Assembly: GCA_965224465.1 (NCBI GenBank) | Contig: OZ245049.1 | Coordinates: 3,185,895-3,249,894, forward strand | Direction: 5' to 3' | Length of the DNA stretch: 64,000 nucleotides | Source: Flavobacteriaceae bacterium | GTDB taxonomy: Bacteria; Bacteroidota; Bacteroidia; Flavobacteriales; Flavobacteriaceae | Shown here: positions 37,742 to 48,200 of the stretch, one piece after another | How positions within the stretch are numbered: the first letter of the stretch is position 1 | Layout: every line of letters starts with the position of its first letter | Notes under the pieces: model-generated | Told to the model about the DNA's origin: nothing | Databases searched by the model: none | Seen by the model: the letters and a program-made list of their open reading frames with translations, nothing else | Position numbers and translations under genes: made by a program

Positions 37742-39220
37742 ATGATTACACGTTTTTTAAACTTGGAATGGAAGCAGTTTTTCCGTTCGTCTTATTGGCA
37801 AAAAAGCATCGCAATAAATGTGTTGATGGTGTTTTTTGCATTGTATTTTATCGCTATATTTTTTGGACTGGGAATGGCCTTGTTTCCGATGCTTAAAAAG
37901 CTGTATCCTACTGTAGATCCATTTGTGAAAGTAAATACATTTGTGTTTTATTGGGTATTGGCTGATTTAATGATGCGGTTTTTTCTACAAAAACTTCCCG
38001 TACTAAATGTGAAGCCATTATTGGTGTTGCCACTTAAAAAGAGCAGTATAGTCCATTTTGTGTTGGGGAAATCGGTGTTTTCGTTTTTTAATCTGCTGCC
38101 TTTATTTGCCATTATGCCCTTTGCGGCAGTTCTTGTTTTTGAGGGGTATGATATGGCAAGTGTTTTTGTTTGGTCTTTGATAATTATGCTGTACGCATTA
38201 ATTATTAATTTTGTCAATTTTATGATCGAGAGTAAATCTTCGGAATCGGAGTTTTCGTTTATACCAATGCTGCTTAGTATATCTGGATTGCTTGCATTGA
38301 ATTATTTTAATGTTATTTCGTTTTCAGACCTGACAGCTACAAGTGTGAATTATATGGTGATAAATCCTTGGCTAATTTTGATTCCAATGGTGGTATTGAT
38401 AGTTGTTTATATATTTAATTTTAAGCTGCTTATTAATAAGTTGTACATAGATGGGGGCTTGAAAAAATCCACGAAGGAAGTTGTTACAAGTGATTTGTCT
38501 TGGGTGCGTAAATTTGGAGACATTGCCCCATTCTTACAGTTGGATTTAAAATTGATATGGCGTAATAAACGTCCACGATCTACGCTTTTGATGTTGGTAA
38601 TGAGTTTGTTTTACGGTTTGATTTTTTACCCGAACCCTACTTATCAAGGGATGCCGGCGATGTATGTTTTTGTAGGTATTTTTGTTACGGGTATTTTTAT
38701 GATTAATTTCGGACAGTTTATTCCTGCGTGGGACAGTGGTTATTATAGTATGTTGATGAGTCAAAATATCAAATACAAACAATATTTGAATTCAAAATAC
38801 AAGTTGATGATGGTAAGTGCCGTAGCTCTGTTTGTTCTTAGTATTCCTTATGTCTATTTTGGGTGGGAGGTACTATTGGTTCATTTTGCGGCGATGGTAT
38901 ATAATATAGGAGTGAATACACATGTATTGTTGTACGGAGGTTCCTTTAATCGAAAAAAAATAAATTTAAACGAGCGAGCTGCTTTTAATTATCAAGGAAC
39001 GGGTGCTGTACAATGGCTGATTGGTTTTCCGTTGATGGCATTGCCTGTCTTATTGTTTTATATTACCTATAAGTTTATCAATTTTGAAGCAGGGATTGCC
39101 ATTCTTATTATGCTTGGGGTTCTAGGTGTTGTTTTTCATCAGAAATTAATGAAGGCAATAGTAAAGCGATATAAAAATAAAAAGTACGAGATGATTGCAG
39201 CATTTAATCAATCTAATTAA
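37742..39220 (+). CDS. polytopic membrane protein, putative ABC transporter permease partner (DUF5687-like)
   Basis: 492 aa with about 12 TM helices. It lies 8 bp upstream of an ABC ATPase gene. Confidence 0.45.
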   Translation: MITRFLNLEWKQFFRSSYWQKSIAINVLMVFFALYFIAIFFGLGMALFPMLKKLYPTVDPFVKVNTFVFYWVLADLMMRFFLQKLPVLNVKPLLVLPLKKSSIVHFVLGKSVFSFFNLLPLFAIMPFAAVLVFEGYDMASVFVWSLIIMLYALIINFVNFMIESKSSESEFSFIPMLLSISGLLALNYFNVISFSDLTATSVNYMVINPWLILIPMVVLIVVYIFNFKLLINKLYIDGGLKKSTKEVVTSDLSWVRKFGDIAPFLQLDLKLIWRNKRPRSTLLMLVMSLFYGLIFYPNPTYQGMPAMYVFVGIFVTGIFMINFGQFIPAWDSGYYSMLMSQNIKYKQYLNSKYKLMMVSAVALFVLSIPYVYFGWEVLLVHFAAMVYNIGVNTHVLLYGGSFNRKKINLNERAAFNYQGTGAVQWLIGFPLMALPVLLFYITYKFINFEAGIAILIMLGVLGVVFHQKLMKAIVKRYKNKKYEMIAAFNQSN

Positions 39221-39228
39221 AAAAATAT

Positions 39229-39924
39229 ATGATACACGTAAAAAACATATCAAAAGTATACGGTGCAAATACTGTATTAAATATAAAAAACTTAGAGATT
39301 CCAAAAGGACAATGTATTGGACTTGTTGGAAATAATGGTGCAGGTAAAACTACGTTTTTTAATTTATTATTGGATTTAATAAAGGCGAGTACGGGAAAGA
39401 TTATTACACAAGAAATTCAGGTGGATACGAATGAAGATTGGAAAACATTTACAGGGTCGTTTATAGACGAAACCTTTTTAATTGGGTATTTGATTCCAGA
39501 AGAATATTTTTACTTTGTAGGTGAGTTGAGAGGGATGAATAAAGCGGATATAGATGCTTTTTTGATTCAGTTTCACGATATTTTTAATAACGAAATCTTA
39601 GGAACAAAAAAATATTTACGTGATTTGTCTAAGGGGAATCAGAAAAAAGTGGGGATTATAGCCGCTTTGATTGGGAGTCCAGAAGTAATTGTATTGGACG
39701 AGCCCTTTGCCAATATAGATCCTACAACTCAGATTAGGTTAAAAAAAATGCTCAAGAGTTTTGTCGAAAATCAAGAAGTGACCTTGTTAATTTCTAGTCA
39801 CGATCTAGGACATATAACAGAGGTATGTGATAGAATTGTAGTGTTAGAGAAAGGATGTATTGTAAAGGATTTAGCGACTTCCACAGAGACATTACAAGAG
39901 TTAGAAACGTATTTTACGGTATAG
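39229..39924 (+). CDS. ABC transporter ATP-binding protein
   Basis: Walker A GNNGAGKTT, signature LSKGNQKKV, Walker B VIVLDEP and an H-loop. Confidence 0.88.
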   Translation: MIHVKNISKVYGANTVLNIKNLEIPKGQCIGLVGNNGAGKTTFFNLLLDLIKASTGKIITQEIQVDTNEDWKTFTGSFIDETFLIGYLIPEEYFYFVGELRGMNKADIDAFLIQFHDIFNNEILGTKKYLRDLSKGNQKKVGIIAALIGSPEVIVLDEPFANIDPTTQIRLKKMLKSFVENQEVTLLISSHDLGHITEVCDRIVVLEKGCIVKDLATSTETLQELETYFTV

Positions 39925-39943
39925 GTCCAAATATATTTAGTGT

Positions 39944-39972
39944 AAAACGCACCTATATACTGCGTTTTTTTA
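39944..39972 (+). terminator. intrinsic terminator after the ABC ATPase gene
   Basis: AACGCA-N9-TGCGTT followed by T7. Confidence 0.6.
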
Positions 39973-40063
39973 TAGTGTAGAATAATAAAGTAAGACACTT
40001 GTGGTTGTCCTATTTTTTTATGAGTTATTTTGAAAAACTAATATGTTTTATTGTAAAAAGAGC

Positions 40064-40095
40064 ACAAAAAAAGAGGCCTACCCCAGGCCTCTTTT
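40064..40095. terminator. bidirectional intrinsic terminator between convergent genes
   Basis: A7-GAGGCC-taccccag-GGCCTC-T4. Confidence 0.65.
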
Positions 40096-40288
40096 CGTAA
40101 TGATAAGTTATTAACCCCTTAATAACATATTCTAGTAAGAAAAGTTTCGTTTTCTTATGCTAAAACTAATCAGATGACTGCAATTTACGTTTTTTTTTAA
40201 GGTTAAACACCCTTAACTATCGATGAGTGACGCTTATCTAAGGATGTCTGTTGTGTGCAAAATGGAATAGTGCTTGATTTTTAGCCTT

Positions 40289-42418
40289 TTATTTTTCTGA
40301 AAGTTTTTTAAATCCCATATTAAACAGTGTGAAGCCAAAAATATCTGCATATTGTTCTATGGTTTTAGAAACAGGAGTTCCTGCTCCATGACCTGCATTT
40401 GTTTCTATCCGTATAAGCACAGGGTTGTTTCCAGATTGTTTGTCTTGGAGCTCTGCTGCAAATTTAAAAGAGTGTGAGGGAACTACTCTATCGTCATGAT
40501 CTCCTGTGGTGATCATTGTAGCGGGATAATGAATGCCTTTTTTTACATTGTGTACAGGAGAATATCCTTTTAGGTATTCAAACATTTCTTTGGAGTCTTC
40601 TGCGGTTCCATAGTCATACGCCCATCCAGCTCCTGCTGTAAATGTATGGTAGCGTAACATATCTAGAACGCCCACAGCAGGAAGTGCTACTTTTATTAGT
40701 TTGGGTCTTTGCGTCATGGTGGCTCCTATTAATAAGCCTCCGTTAGATCCTCCTTGGATTGCTAGGAAATCAGGAGAGGTATATTTTTTTTTAATTAGAT
40801 ATTCTGCAGCGGCTATAAAATCGTCAAATACATTTTGTTTTTTTAGTTTTATTCCTGCGTCATGCCATTTTTTACCGTATTCGCCACCCCCTCTTAAATT
40901 GGGGACAGCATAAATACCTCCTTGTTCCATCCATACGGCGTTTGCAATGCTAAAACTTGGTGTAAGGCTAATATTGAATCCGCCATAACCGTATAGTATT
41001 GTTGGGTTTTTACCATTAAGTTCCAACCCTTTTTTATGTGTAATAAGCATAGGGATTTTGGTACCGTCTTTAGAGGTGTAAAATACTTGTTTTGTCAGAT
41101 AGTTATCTGGGTTAAAATCAATGGATGGTTTTATATATAGTTTAGAGTCTCCTGTATGTGGGTCAAAACTATAGATAGATCCTGGTGTTTTATAATTTGT
41201 GAATGAGTAGTACAATAGTGTTGCTTCTTTTTTTCCTCCAAAACCTGATATGGTACCTATTCCTGGTAATGTTATTTCTCTGATTAGTTTTCCTTCAAAG
41301 TCGTATTGTTTTGCTTTTGAAACGGCATCTACCATATATTTCGCAAAAATAAAGCCTCCTGCTATTGATACATCTAAAACATGGTCTGTTTCTGGGAGCA
41401 CATCTATCCAATTCTCTGGCGTAGGATTGTTGGCATTCACTTTTACAATACGCTTGTTTGGAGCATTTAAATTGGTTATCAAATACAAAGTGTCCTCGTT
41501 GTTTTCTATGAGATACGTGTCGCTGTCAAAATTAGTTACGATGGCAATTAGTTTTGCTGCTGGATTTTTTAAATCTAATAGGTATAATTCGTTCCCCGAG
41601 GTAGATTTGGCGGCAGAAATACTCAAAAATCTATGATCTTTAGTAATGCTACTCCCCACATATCTACGTTTATGAGTTTCTCCAAATAGGACAGGGTCAT
41701 TCTTTTGAGCGGTTCCTAGTTTGTGATAAAACAACCGATGTTGATCTGTTTTGGCTGACAGTTCGCTGCCTAGTGGTTTTTCATAACTAGAATAGTAAAA
41801 GCCATCATTTTTTTTCCAGGTAAGTCCAGAGAATTTAACATCAACCAGCGTGTCTTCTACAATTTTTTTAGTTGCTACATCCATTATAATTACTTTACGC
41901 CAGTCGGATCCTCCTTCGGAAATAGAGTAGGCTACTTTACTTCCATCTTCTGAAAATGAAACAGCTCCAAGCGACGTCGTCCCATCTTTTGAAAACGTGT
42001 TTGGGTCTAGAAAAACACTTGGTTGTTCGTTTATCTTTTGACGGTACAAAACGTTGTGGTTTTGAAGACCATCATTTTTGTAAAAATAGGTGTCATTTCC
42101 TTCTGTAAACGGAGCACCTATTTTTTCGTAATTCCATAATTTCTTTAGCCTGTTTTTAAGTGCATTCCGATAGGGGATAGTGTTTAGGTAGTTAGAAGTA
42201 ACGTTGTTCTGGTCGCTTACCCAAGCACCTGTTTCTTCGGACATGTCATCTTCTAGCCATCTGTAAGGATCCTTTGTTTCAGTATCAAAATAGGTTGTAA
42301 CACTGTCTACTTTTTTTGTGGTTGGATAGGTCAATTTCATTGCTAATTTATCGTGATTTAAAGAGTTACAACTGCTCATTATTATGGCAGTGGTAAACAT
42401 AATTATAAGGTGTTTCAT
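40289..42418 (-). CDS. prolyl oligopeptidase (S9A family)
   Basis: 709 aa with signal peptide, beta-propeller, and a C-terminal alpha/beta hydrolase domain with GGSNGG and catalytic Ser/Asp/His context. Confidence 0.85.
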   Translation of the reverse strand: MKHLIIMFTTAIIMSSCNSLNHDKLAMKLTYPTTKKVDSVTTYFDTETKDPYRWLEDDMSEETGAWVSDQNNVTSNYLNTIPYRNALKNRLKKLWNYEKIGAPFTEGNDTYFYKNDGLQNHNVLYRQKINEQPSVFLDPNTFSKDGTTSLGAVSFSEDGSKVAYSISEGGSDWRKVIIMDVATKKIVEDTLVDVKFSGLTWKKNDGFYYSSYEKPLGSELSAKTDQHRLFYHKLGTAQKNDPVLFGETHKRRYVGSSITKDHRFLSISAAKSTSGNELYLLDLKNPAAKLIAIVTNFDSDTYLIENNEDTLYLITNLNAPNKRIVKVNANNPTPENWIDVLPETDHVLDVSIAGGFIFAKYMVDAVSKAKQYDFEGKLIREITLPGIGTISGFGGKKEATLLYYSFTNYKTPGSIYSFDPHTGDSKLYIKPSIDFNPDNYLTKQVFYTSKDGTKIPMLITHKKGLELNGKNPTILYGYGGFNISLTPSFSIANAVWMEQGGIYAVPNLRGGGEYGKKWHDAGIKLKKQNVFDDFIAAAEYLIKKKYTSPDFLAIQGGSNGGLLIGATMTQRPKLIKVALPAVGVLDMLRYHTFTAGAGWAYDYGTAEDSKEMFEYLKGYSPVHNVKKGIHYPATMITTGDHDDRVVPSHSFKFAAELQDKQSGNNPVLIRIETNAGHGAGTPVSKTIEQYADIFGFTLFNMGFKKLSEK

Positions 42419-42597
42419 GGCCGTTTAATCATTGATTGAGATACAAATGTATAAAAAAAAGATATATTTGATGAATGACTGTTTTAGAAAAGTAATTTGT
42501 AACAATTATCACTTTGGATGTGATTGTTTTTATGTCAATTTGTCAAAATTAATAAAGGCATAAAATTTGTGTATAAGTGTCTATAAAAAAAACGGAT

Positions 42598-42954
42598 ATG
42601 ACAGAGTTATTGACCAAAGAAACCTTTTTAGAAAAGGTGTTTAATTTTGATAAAAATACGGAGTGGAAATACGAAGGGGAATTGCCTTGTATTATAGATT
42701 TTTATGCAGATTGGTGTGGACCATGTAAAATGGTAGCTCCTGTTTTAGAAACCTTGAGTGAAGAATATGAAGGAAAAGTTCTTATTTACAAAGTAAATAC
42801 GGAAATAGAGCAGGAATTAGCCGCAGCTTTTGGTGTGCGTAGTATTCCTACGATGTTGTTTTGTCCTAAAGAAGGAGAGCCTCAAATGGCACAAGGAGCA
42901 TTGCCTATTACGGAGTTTAGGAAATTATTTAAAGATGTTTTACTTGTAGAATAA
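42598..42954 (+). CDS. thioredoxin
   Basis: WCGPCK active site. Start taken at the ATG at 42598, which is in frame with the ORF beginning at 42577. Confidence 0.85.
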   Translation: MTELLTKETFLEKVFNFDKNTEWKYEGELPCIIDFYADWCGPCKMVAPVLETLSEEYEGKVLIYKVNTEIEQELAAAFGVRSIPTMLFCPKEGEPQMAQGALPITEFRKLFKDVLLVE

Positions 42955-42985
42955 GAAATGAAACAGCTGAAATAAATAGATAAAA

Positions 42986-43023
42986 GTAAAAAAGAGCTGA
43001 TACATATGTATCAGCTCTTTTTT
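42986..43023. terminator. bidirectional intrinsic terminator: perfect 26-bp palindrome flanked by A and T tracts
   Basis: AAAAAAA-AGAGCTGATACAT|ATGTATCAGCTCT-TTTTT, between thioredoxin (+) and the dehydrogenase (-). Confidence 0.7.
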
Positions 43024-43201
43024 GTACTTACGGCCCTTCTGAAATAGCGATTCGCCAAAATTAATAGTGTAATGAAAACATCCGATACACTACGTATGTG
43101 AAGCGTAGTCAAAAAGACCATTCGGTTACTTTTTTGAGGATGTTGTTACGGCAATGTATTTCCTTGATTGTCGATTATATCCATAATTGAGTACGTTTAG
43201 T

Positions 43202-44137
43202 CTAGATTATTTTCGATATTTTATCTACAATGGTTTCTGATAGTTTTATATTAGATTCCTCAGTCCATCCTGCTATATGTGGTGATAGTAAAACATTTGA
43301 TGCTTGTATCAAAAAGCTAAAAGCAGGGGGTAATTCCTTGTTTTCGAATAAGTTTTCAAAACTTAATTTTTCATATTCTAATACATCTAAACAGGCTCCA
43401 AGAATTTTTTTAGAACGTAGAGCTGTGACCAAATCATCTGTTTTAACGGCAGAACCACGTGCTGTATTTATCAAATAAAAAGGTTTTTTAAACTGATTGA
43501 TAAACGCAGTGTTAAGCATGTTGTGAGAATGTTTATTAAAAGGTGTGTGAAAACTAATTACATCTGCAGTGTTTTGTAATTCGCTCAAACTTACCTGTTT
43601 AGAGTATATATCTCCCATGTTGGGTAAAAGATCATAGCAAATTACATGTACGTCAAAACCTTGTAGTTTTTTTGCAAATGCTTGTCCCATGTTTCCATAT
43701 CCTATAATACCTACGGTTTTACCTTCGAGTTCTATTCCTCTGTTTTTTTCTCTATTCCACATACCTTTTCTGATTTCTAAGTCTGCTTGTTTGAGATTAT
43801 TAAAAAGAGCTAAAAGCATTCCTAATGCGTGTTCGCCTACCGCATTTCTATTTCCTTCGGGAGCAGAAATTAATGCAATTCCTTTAGATGCAGCATAATC
43901 TACGTCTATACTTTCAAGTCCCGCTCCAACACGGGCAATGAATTTTAATTGCGTGGCTTTATCAATAAAATCCTTGTAAATATTAAATCTACTACGGATA
44001 ATAATTCCGTCATATAGGTGAATTGTGTTTTCGATTTCTTCTTTAGAAGTTGTATAGGCTTCCACACAGTGACAACCCAGTTTTTCGAGTCTAGCTTTTA
44101 GTAGTTCATGATTTTTGTCAATAAAAAGAACCTTCAT
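43202..44137 (-). CDS. D-isomer-specific 2-hydroxyacid dehydrogenase (NAD-binding)
   Basis: GIIGYGNMG Rossmann motif with catalytic R/E/H pattern; 311 aa. Confidence 0.8.
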   Translation of the reverse strand: MKVLFIDKNHELLKARLEKLGCHCVEAYTTSKEEIENTIHLYDGIIIRSRFNIYKDFIDKATQLKFIARVGAGLESIDVDYAASKGIALISAPEGNRNAVGEHALGMLLALFNNLKQADLEIRKGMWNREKNRGIELEGKTVGIIGYGNMGQAFAKKLQGFDVHVICYDLLPNMGDIYSKQVSLSELQNTADVISFHTPFNKHSHNMLNTAFINQFKKPFYLINTARGSAVKTDDLVTALRSKKILGACLDVLEYEKLSFENLFENKELPPAFSFLIQASNVLLSPHIAGWTEESNIKLSETIVDKISKII

Positions 44138-44956
44138 TTAATACTGTTCTTTATCATTTGGAAAATCACCACTTTTTACGTCGGCACTGTACTTTTGAAA
44201 AGCTTCTTTCATTTGGTCGTACATATCTAAGTATCTACGTAAAAAACGAGGATTAAATTCGTGCGTCATTCCAAGCATGTCATGTGTCACCAATACTTGT
44301 CCGTCAACGCCATTTCCAGCACCAATACCAATGACAGGGATAGAAATACTTTCTGCTACTTTTTGAGCCAAACTTGCAGGTACTTTTTCTATGACTAACG
44401 CAAAACAGCCTAGTTTTTCTAACAACTTGGCGTCTTTCATTAATTTAATGGCTTCTTCTTCCTCTTTGGCACGTACGGTATAGGTTCCAAATTTGTAGAT
44501 GGACTGTGGGGTAAGTCCCAAGTGACCCATTACAGGAATTCCAGCATTTAGAATCCGTTTTATAGATTGTTTAATTTCTGAACCACCTTCCATTTTCACT
44601 GCATGACCTCCAGATTCCTTCATAATTCTAATCGCAGAGCGTAGGGCTAGTTTAGGATCTGATTGGTAATTCCCAAATGGTAAGTCTACAACAACTAAAC
44701 TTCGGGTAATTCCTCGCACCACAGAACTGGCATGATAAATCATCTGATCTAGCGTAATAGGGAGCGTGGTTTCGTGACCAGCCATCACATTTGAGGCTGA
44801 ATCTCCAACCAAGATAACATCAATATTGGCACCATCAACTATTTTTGCCATGGTGTAGTCGTATGCTGTAAGCATTGAGATTTTTTGACCATGAGCTTTC
44901 ATATCCACAAGGGATTTGGTGGTAATTCTTTTGTATTTTTTTTTTGTGACAGACAT
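44138..44956 (-). CDS. panB: 3-methyl-2-oxobutanoate hydroxymethyltransferase
   Basis: 272 aa with PanB motifs ([14 protein letters not shown]); adjacent to the dehydrogenase. Confidence 0.9.
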   Translation of the reverse strand: MSVTKKKYKRITTKSLVDMKAHGQKISMLTAYDYTMAKIVDGANIDVILVGDSASNVMAGHETTLPITLDQMIYHASSVVRGITRSLVVVDLPFGNYQSDPKLALRSAIRIMKESGGHAVKMEGGSEIKQSIKRILNAGIPVMGHLGLTPQSIYKFGTYTVRAKEEEEAIKLMKDAKLLEKLGCFALVIEKVPASLAQKVAESISIPVIGIGAGNGVDGQVLVTHDMLGMTHEFNPRFLRRYLDMYDQMKEAFQKYSADVKSGDFPNDKEQY

Positions 44957-45252
44957 AATTCTGTATTTTATATATTTGGTAAAAATACAAAAAATAGTGT
45001 TGGTAATTTTAAACAGGATAATTATTTTAATGTCTTAAAATTTGCGTATTATAAATAAAATGATGTATTTTGTTCATGTCTTTATGGTTTTTAAAGATTT
45101 GGATGTATACTTTCCCTTTTAGAATTTATGTTCTATTCTCTAATTTTATTTTATTAAAATTATTATTTGCTAAAGTTGTCTTTTATAGGGGTTTGGCTGT
45201 AACACTATTCGTATATTTATTTGTGTATATGGAATAGACTAAAGAAAAAAAT

Positions 45253-48200
45253 ATGAAAAGAGAAAACAATCAGTTATCGGAACGGTTTTTTTCAATACCT
45301 AATTTTATGGGTAAAGGAGATGAAAGTGAGGGAGAGTCTTCTGTTTTTGATGCATTGCCAACAGCTATTTGGGTTTTGGATCTTGAAAAGGTGGTTTTTA
45401 CTACAGAAATTATGTTGAAAGAACTCAATACAGATTTAAAATCCTTATTAAATTCCACAAAATATTATTTGAAATTAATTTCTCTTATTCAGGTTAAGTC
45501 TGTAAATATTGCTGCGGTTCAGCTGTATAAAGCTTCAAGTAAAATGGAACTTAAGAATCAGTTTTTAACGGTATTTATTGATTTTACTAGCGGTGAATTT
45601 AAACTATTTATGTTAAATGTATTGTCTCGTAAATTGGGAGGTGAGTATGTGGGAAAGCATAAAAATGTAGGAGGAGGTATTCTTAATGTTAATGTAAACT
45701 ATAAAATAGAAGAGATTGAGAAGAATATCGTTTTTTGTTCGGTAGTAGAAAATAAAGAAATGGTGTCAGAGATTTCTAAACCATTGATGCGGGTGGTTCA
45801 AAATACACCCCAAGAAGCAGGTTGGGTTTATGATGTTCGTACGCGAAAAATTGAATGGTCGGAGGAAGTTTTTGAACTTTTAGAAAGGAGTTCTGATCAA
45901 GATTCAACGGGCGTGTCTCGGATTATGAGTATTGTGCATCCTAGGGATAAAGTAAGATTATTAGAACATTATGTTTCTTTATTTAAACTGGAAAAAATAA
46001 AACCAGTTTGTTTTACAGTTGTTTTAAAAAACGAAGTCGAATTAAACATTGAGGAGCGTTACACCGTTGTTAAAAATGCGACTTATGGAAACATAGAAAC
46101 AATTCTTGCTGTTATGCATGTTGTAAGTCCAAAAGTAGAATTAAATATAGAAAAAGAAATGTCTTATGAATATATGACTTCTGGGAAGCGGGCTTCTTTT
46201 TTATGGAAAACAAGTGAAGGTTGGCCAGTAGAGCAAGTTTCGGATGGCGTGGAAGCAATCTTAGGATATTCAACAAAAGATTTTTTGAAGGACGGATTAT
46301 TGTACAAAGATATCATTCATAAAGATGATTTAAAATGGATGTCAGAGAAACGTGATTATATATGGTCCACTGCAGAGGAAACTGATTCTTTAAGACCTTA
46401 TAGAATTATTTCTAAATCGGGGAATATAAAATGGATAGTTGCTAGATATATCTTACATAGAAATAAGAATGGAGATGTAACACATTATAATGGATTTATA
46501 GAAGATGTTACTAAGAGCAAATGCTTGGACATTGTTTTTGAAAAAATAAAAGTAACTACGATTGGATTGACATGTCAAGCATATTTAGATGCAGTAGGAA
46601 AGGGGATTGCGAATGCTATAGGTGCTGATTATTTGATGATTGGTTATCGCAATGATAAACTTTTAAATCGCATTGAGCTTGTTACAAATTATGCCAACGG
46701 TGCATTTTTAGAGAAGTATACGTATTCTGATAAAGATACTCCTTGTGGTTTAGTTTCAACGGATAAAGCAAAAGTTTATAAGAAAGATGTAGTAAACCTT
46801 TTCCCAAAGGATACTTCATTAAAGGAGATGGAGGCAGAGGGCTATATTGGTTTAAATATAAAAAATAATGAGTACAAAGCCATAGGGCTTATTTCAGCAG
46901 TATTTAAAAAGCCTTTAGAAAATGCAGAATTTGACGTGGCTGTAATGGAGCAATTTGTAAACAGAATTGGTCCAGAAATTCAGGAGTTAAAACTGAAAGA
47001 GTTACTTGTAAAGAAAGAAGAAGAAGCAAGAGCCTTGTTTACAGATTCTCCTATTGCGATGTGGATAGAAGATTACTCAGAGGTATACCGTTTTTTAAAA
47101 GAGATTAAAAAAGAAAAAATTGTTAATTTTAGAGCGTATCTTGAAAAAGATCCAAAAACACTTTCTAAGATACGAAAGCTGATTAAAATAGTTGGAATAA
47201 ACGATAAATGTATTGAGTTGTCAAAAGCAAAAGACAAGCAAGAACTCTTGGATAGGTTTCATGAAACGGTGACCAAGAGCACCTTGGATACGCTAAAAGA
47301 AATTGTAACAGCTTTTTATAATAATAAGTACACCTATACTGGAGAGATGACGGTTAGGAATTTAAAAGGAGCCTACAGGGATGTCGCAGTAAGTCTATTG
47401 GTTCCACCAATGAATAGAGAATTGTACGACAAGGTGATTGTTACAGTTGTTGATGTTACGATTAGAAAAAAAACAGTAGAATCTCTCGCTCAAAAAAAAT
47501 TGTATTTAGAAAATTATATAGATAGTATTCCTTTGCCTTCAATGATGTGGGATACAAATTATAGATGTATTAAATGGAATAAGACCGCCGAGGTTATGTT
47601 TGGTTATTCCGAGAAAGAAATGCTGGGGGAACATTTTAAGACATTGTTTTTTAATAAAATTAATTTTGAAGACACTAAAGAAAGTTGGTTGATTGCAATT
47701 GCTAAATATGGGAAGTTTCAAAAAACAACGGACAATGCGACAAAATCTGGAGAAATAATTAGTTGTAGTTGGAATGTTATGGCCGTGAAGAATGATAAAT
47801 CACAGGTGATAGGGTATATTACCTTGGCAGAAAATATTACAGAACGCATTAAAGAAGAAAGAAGAAAAGAAGCCATATTAAGAATTTCAAAAGCCGCCAT
47901 ATCAAATATCTCTTTAAAAGATTTTTATAAATTAACCCATCAAGAGATGTCTAGATTCTTAGATGCAGAAAATTGTTTTATTGCGGTATGTGATATAGAA
48001 TCTAACCTTATACATAAAGATTTTAGGGTTTCTACAAAAGACACCATTATTGTAGACTTAGAAATGGATGCCAGCTTGACGGGTTTGGTAATTAAGAAAA
48101 AGAAATCTATGTTGCTTAAAACTCAAGAGATTATAGATTTAAAGGTGCAGCACGGAATTGCAACAATAGGTGAAGAAACAAAAACATGGATAGGAACTCC

